DNA of 64,000 bases from Phoronis australis (lineage: Eukaryota; Animalia; Phoronida). The first letter of the stretch is position 1, and each line of letters begins with the position of its first letter. This document shows, one piece after another, positions 62,811 through 64,000 of the stretch. A program made the position numbers and the translations under genes. The DNA is taken from positions 195,886-259,885 of the forward strand of contig NMRA01000133.1 in the NCBI GenBank assembly GCA_002633005.1, read 5' to 3'. Below the pieces are notes generated by a model. It was not told where the DNA came from. It did not search any database and saw only the letters and a program-made list of their open reading frames with translations.

Positions 62811-63802
62811 TGTTCATTTTTGAAGAAAAATATTTGAAACTTGTCTTGATAGCAAGAGATCTGTGACTAGCTGTTGGAGGAGTCAATAACACACTAGATT
62901 GATCTGAGTTTTTGGTCAATGTTTTTAATTATATTTGTCTTGACACTGGGATACACGAATGTGGATGAATAATATATCTCTGGAAAATGGTGTTTTTGAC
63001 ATCCAAACCAAGAGTCAGTTTATGCAGTTATAGTTGTGCATGTTGATATCTTAAGCTGAGATTAGTCATGTGACACTCTTCAGTTGATAGTTTTATGTTC
63101 GCTTCAAAATACATGTCTACAATGTCCGATTTGGCAGAAGATGAACTCTAGCAAAATACAAAATCAGATTAGCCACGGGAATATAACTTTTCAATGCTTC
63201 TTTGTGAAATAAGATCAAAAAGATCACGTACGATGAAATGTAGACATTTGAAGTGTTTAGTCCATTTGAAATTGATGTGTAGGTTCTTTGTAGAAGAGGA
63301 CTAGGTTTGATTTTGTTTTTTGACACCTAATAAAGAATAAAATGAAGTTTTATACATGACCCTTTCAGAAAGTCAAAGAGCAAGAGGATGTGATGATTTG
63401 GATAGAGCACTCTTATTCCATGTAAAATATTTTTATTTTCTGCCAAGCTATTAAAAAGATTTGACCAATACTGAAACCTAATCATAAGTGATTAGTTAGG
63501 GAATTTGTTTCTGTTCACAATGGTTTCTACTATTAGTGCAGATTGCATTAATAGCTATGTTTTGTGTATATCGTTGACTGATGTTTGGCAAATTTGTACC
63601 TGCAGATTCTGCAAATGAAGCAACAAAGAAAGGCAAATTCATATGGCATGAAATAATGTTTTGGAGTTTTCAATTTAGAATTAATTGAAAATTTAGTATA
63701 TACAGCTGTCAGTATGACTTTTACATTTTACTTTGAAATTCAGTTTAAAAAGCAGTGGTAGCGTTATCATTGTTGTATGCACTACTTTCTGTAAGGGCTC
63801 TC

Positions 63803-64000
63803 CAAATTCACAACAAATTCACAACAAATTCACTGTTCACACCACATTCATTCCATACGCTACATTCGCACCACATTTAATCAAATTCGCATACCACATT
63901 CCCACCACAATCCCACCACATTCTCACCACATTCACACCACAATCCCACCACATTCCCACCACATTCACACCACATTCGCACCACATTCGCACCACATTC
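63803..64000 (+). repeat. 11-bp minisatellite (CACCACATTCN / CAACAAATTCA), runs off the window end
   Basis: Directly visible; more homogeneous toward the 3' end. Confidence 0.9.

Overview
Eukaryotic, AT-rich, intron-containing animal genomic DNA, probably an invertebrate bilaterian (taxon not determinable from the sequence). Most of the window is one + strand giant atypical cadherin gene, dachsous (ds/DCHS). I reconstructed 17 coding exons with phase-compatible GT-AG junctions: ATG 3621 to TAA 55238, 10,164 nt, about 3,387 aa. The protein has a signal peptide, about 27 cadherin repeats, one TM helix, the Ds cytoplasmic motifs and a C-terminal ELRI. A 33.6-kb intron (5493-39074) follows the first coding exon. 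A convergent two-coding-exon MED7 gene (about 221 aa) lies on the - strand at 60113-58859. Notable non-coding structures: (1) a 30-34-bp minisatellite that amplifies a dachsous exon/intron junction into a run of extra 5' splice donors; (2) a full-geometry but degenerate tRNA cloverleaf in a ds intron; (3) a PIF/Harbinger-like MITE with a TAA TSD; (4) nested inverted repeats upstream of MED7, including a ~755-bp fold-back centred on a CRE palindrome; (5) several simple tandem repeats. Most small ORFs in the supplied track are intronic or antisense noise. Nothing here is a demonstrable new biological system; the splice-donor minisatellite is the best candidate for an undescribed mechanism.
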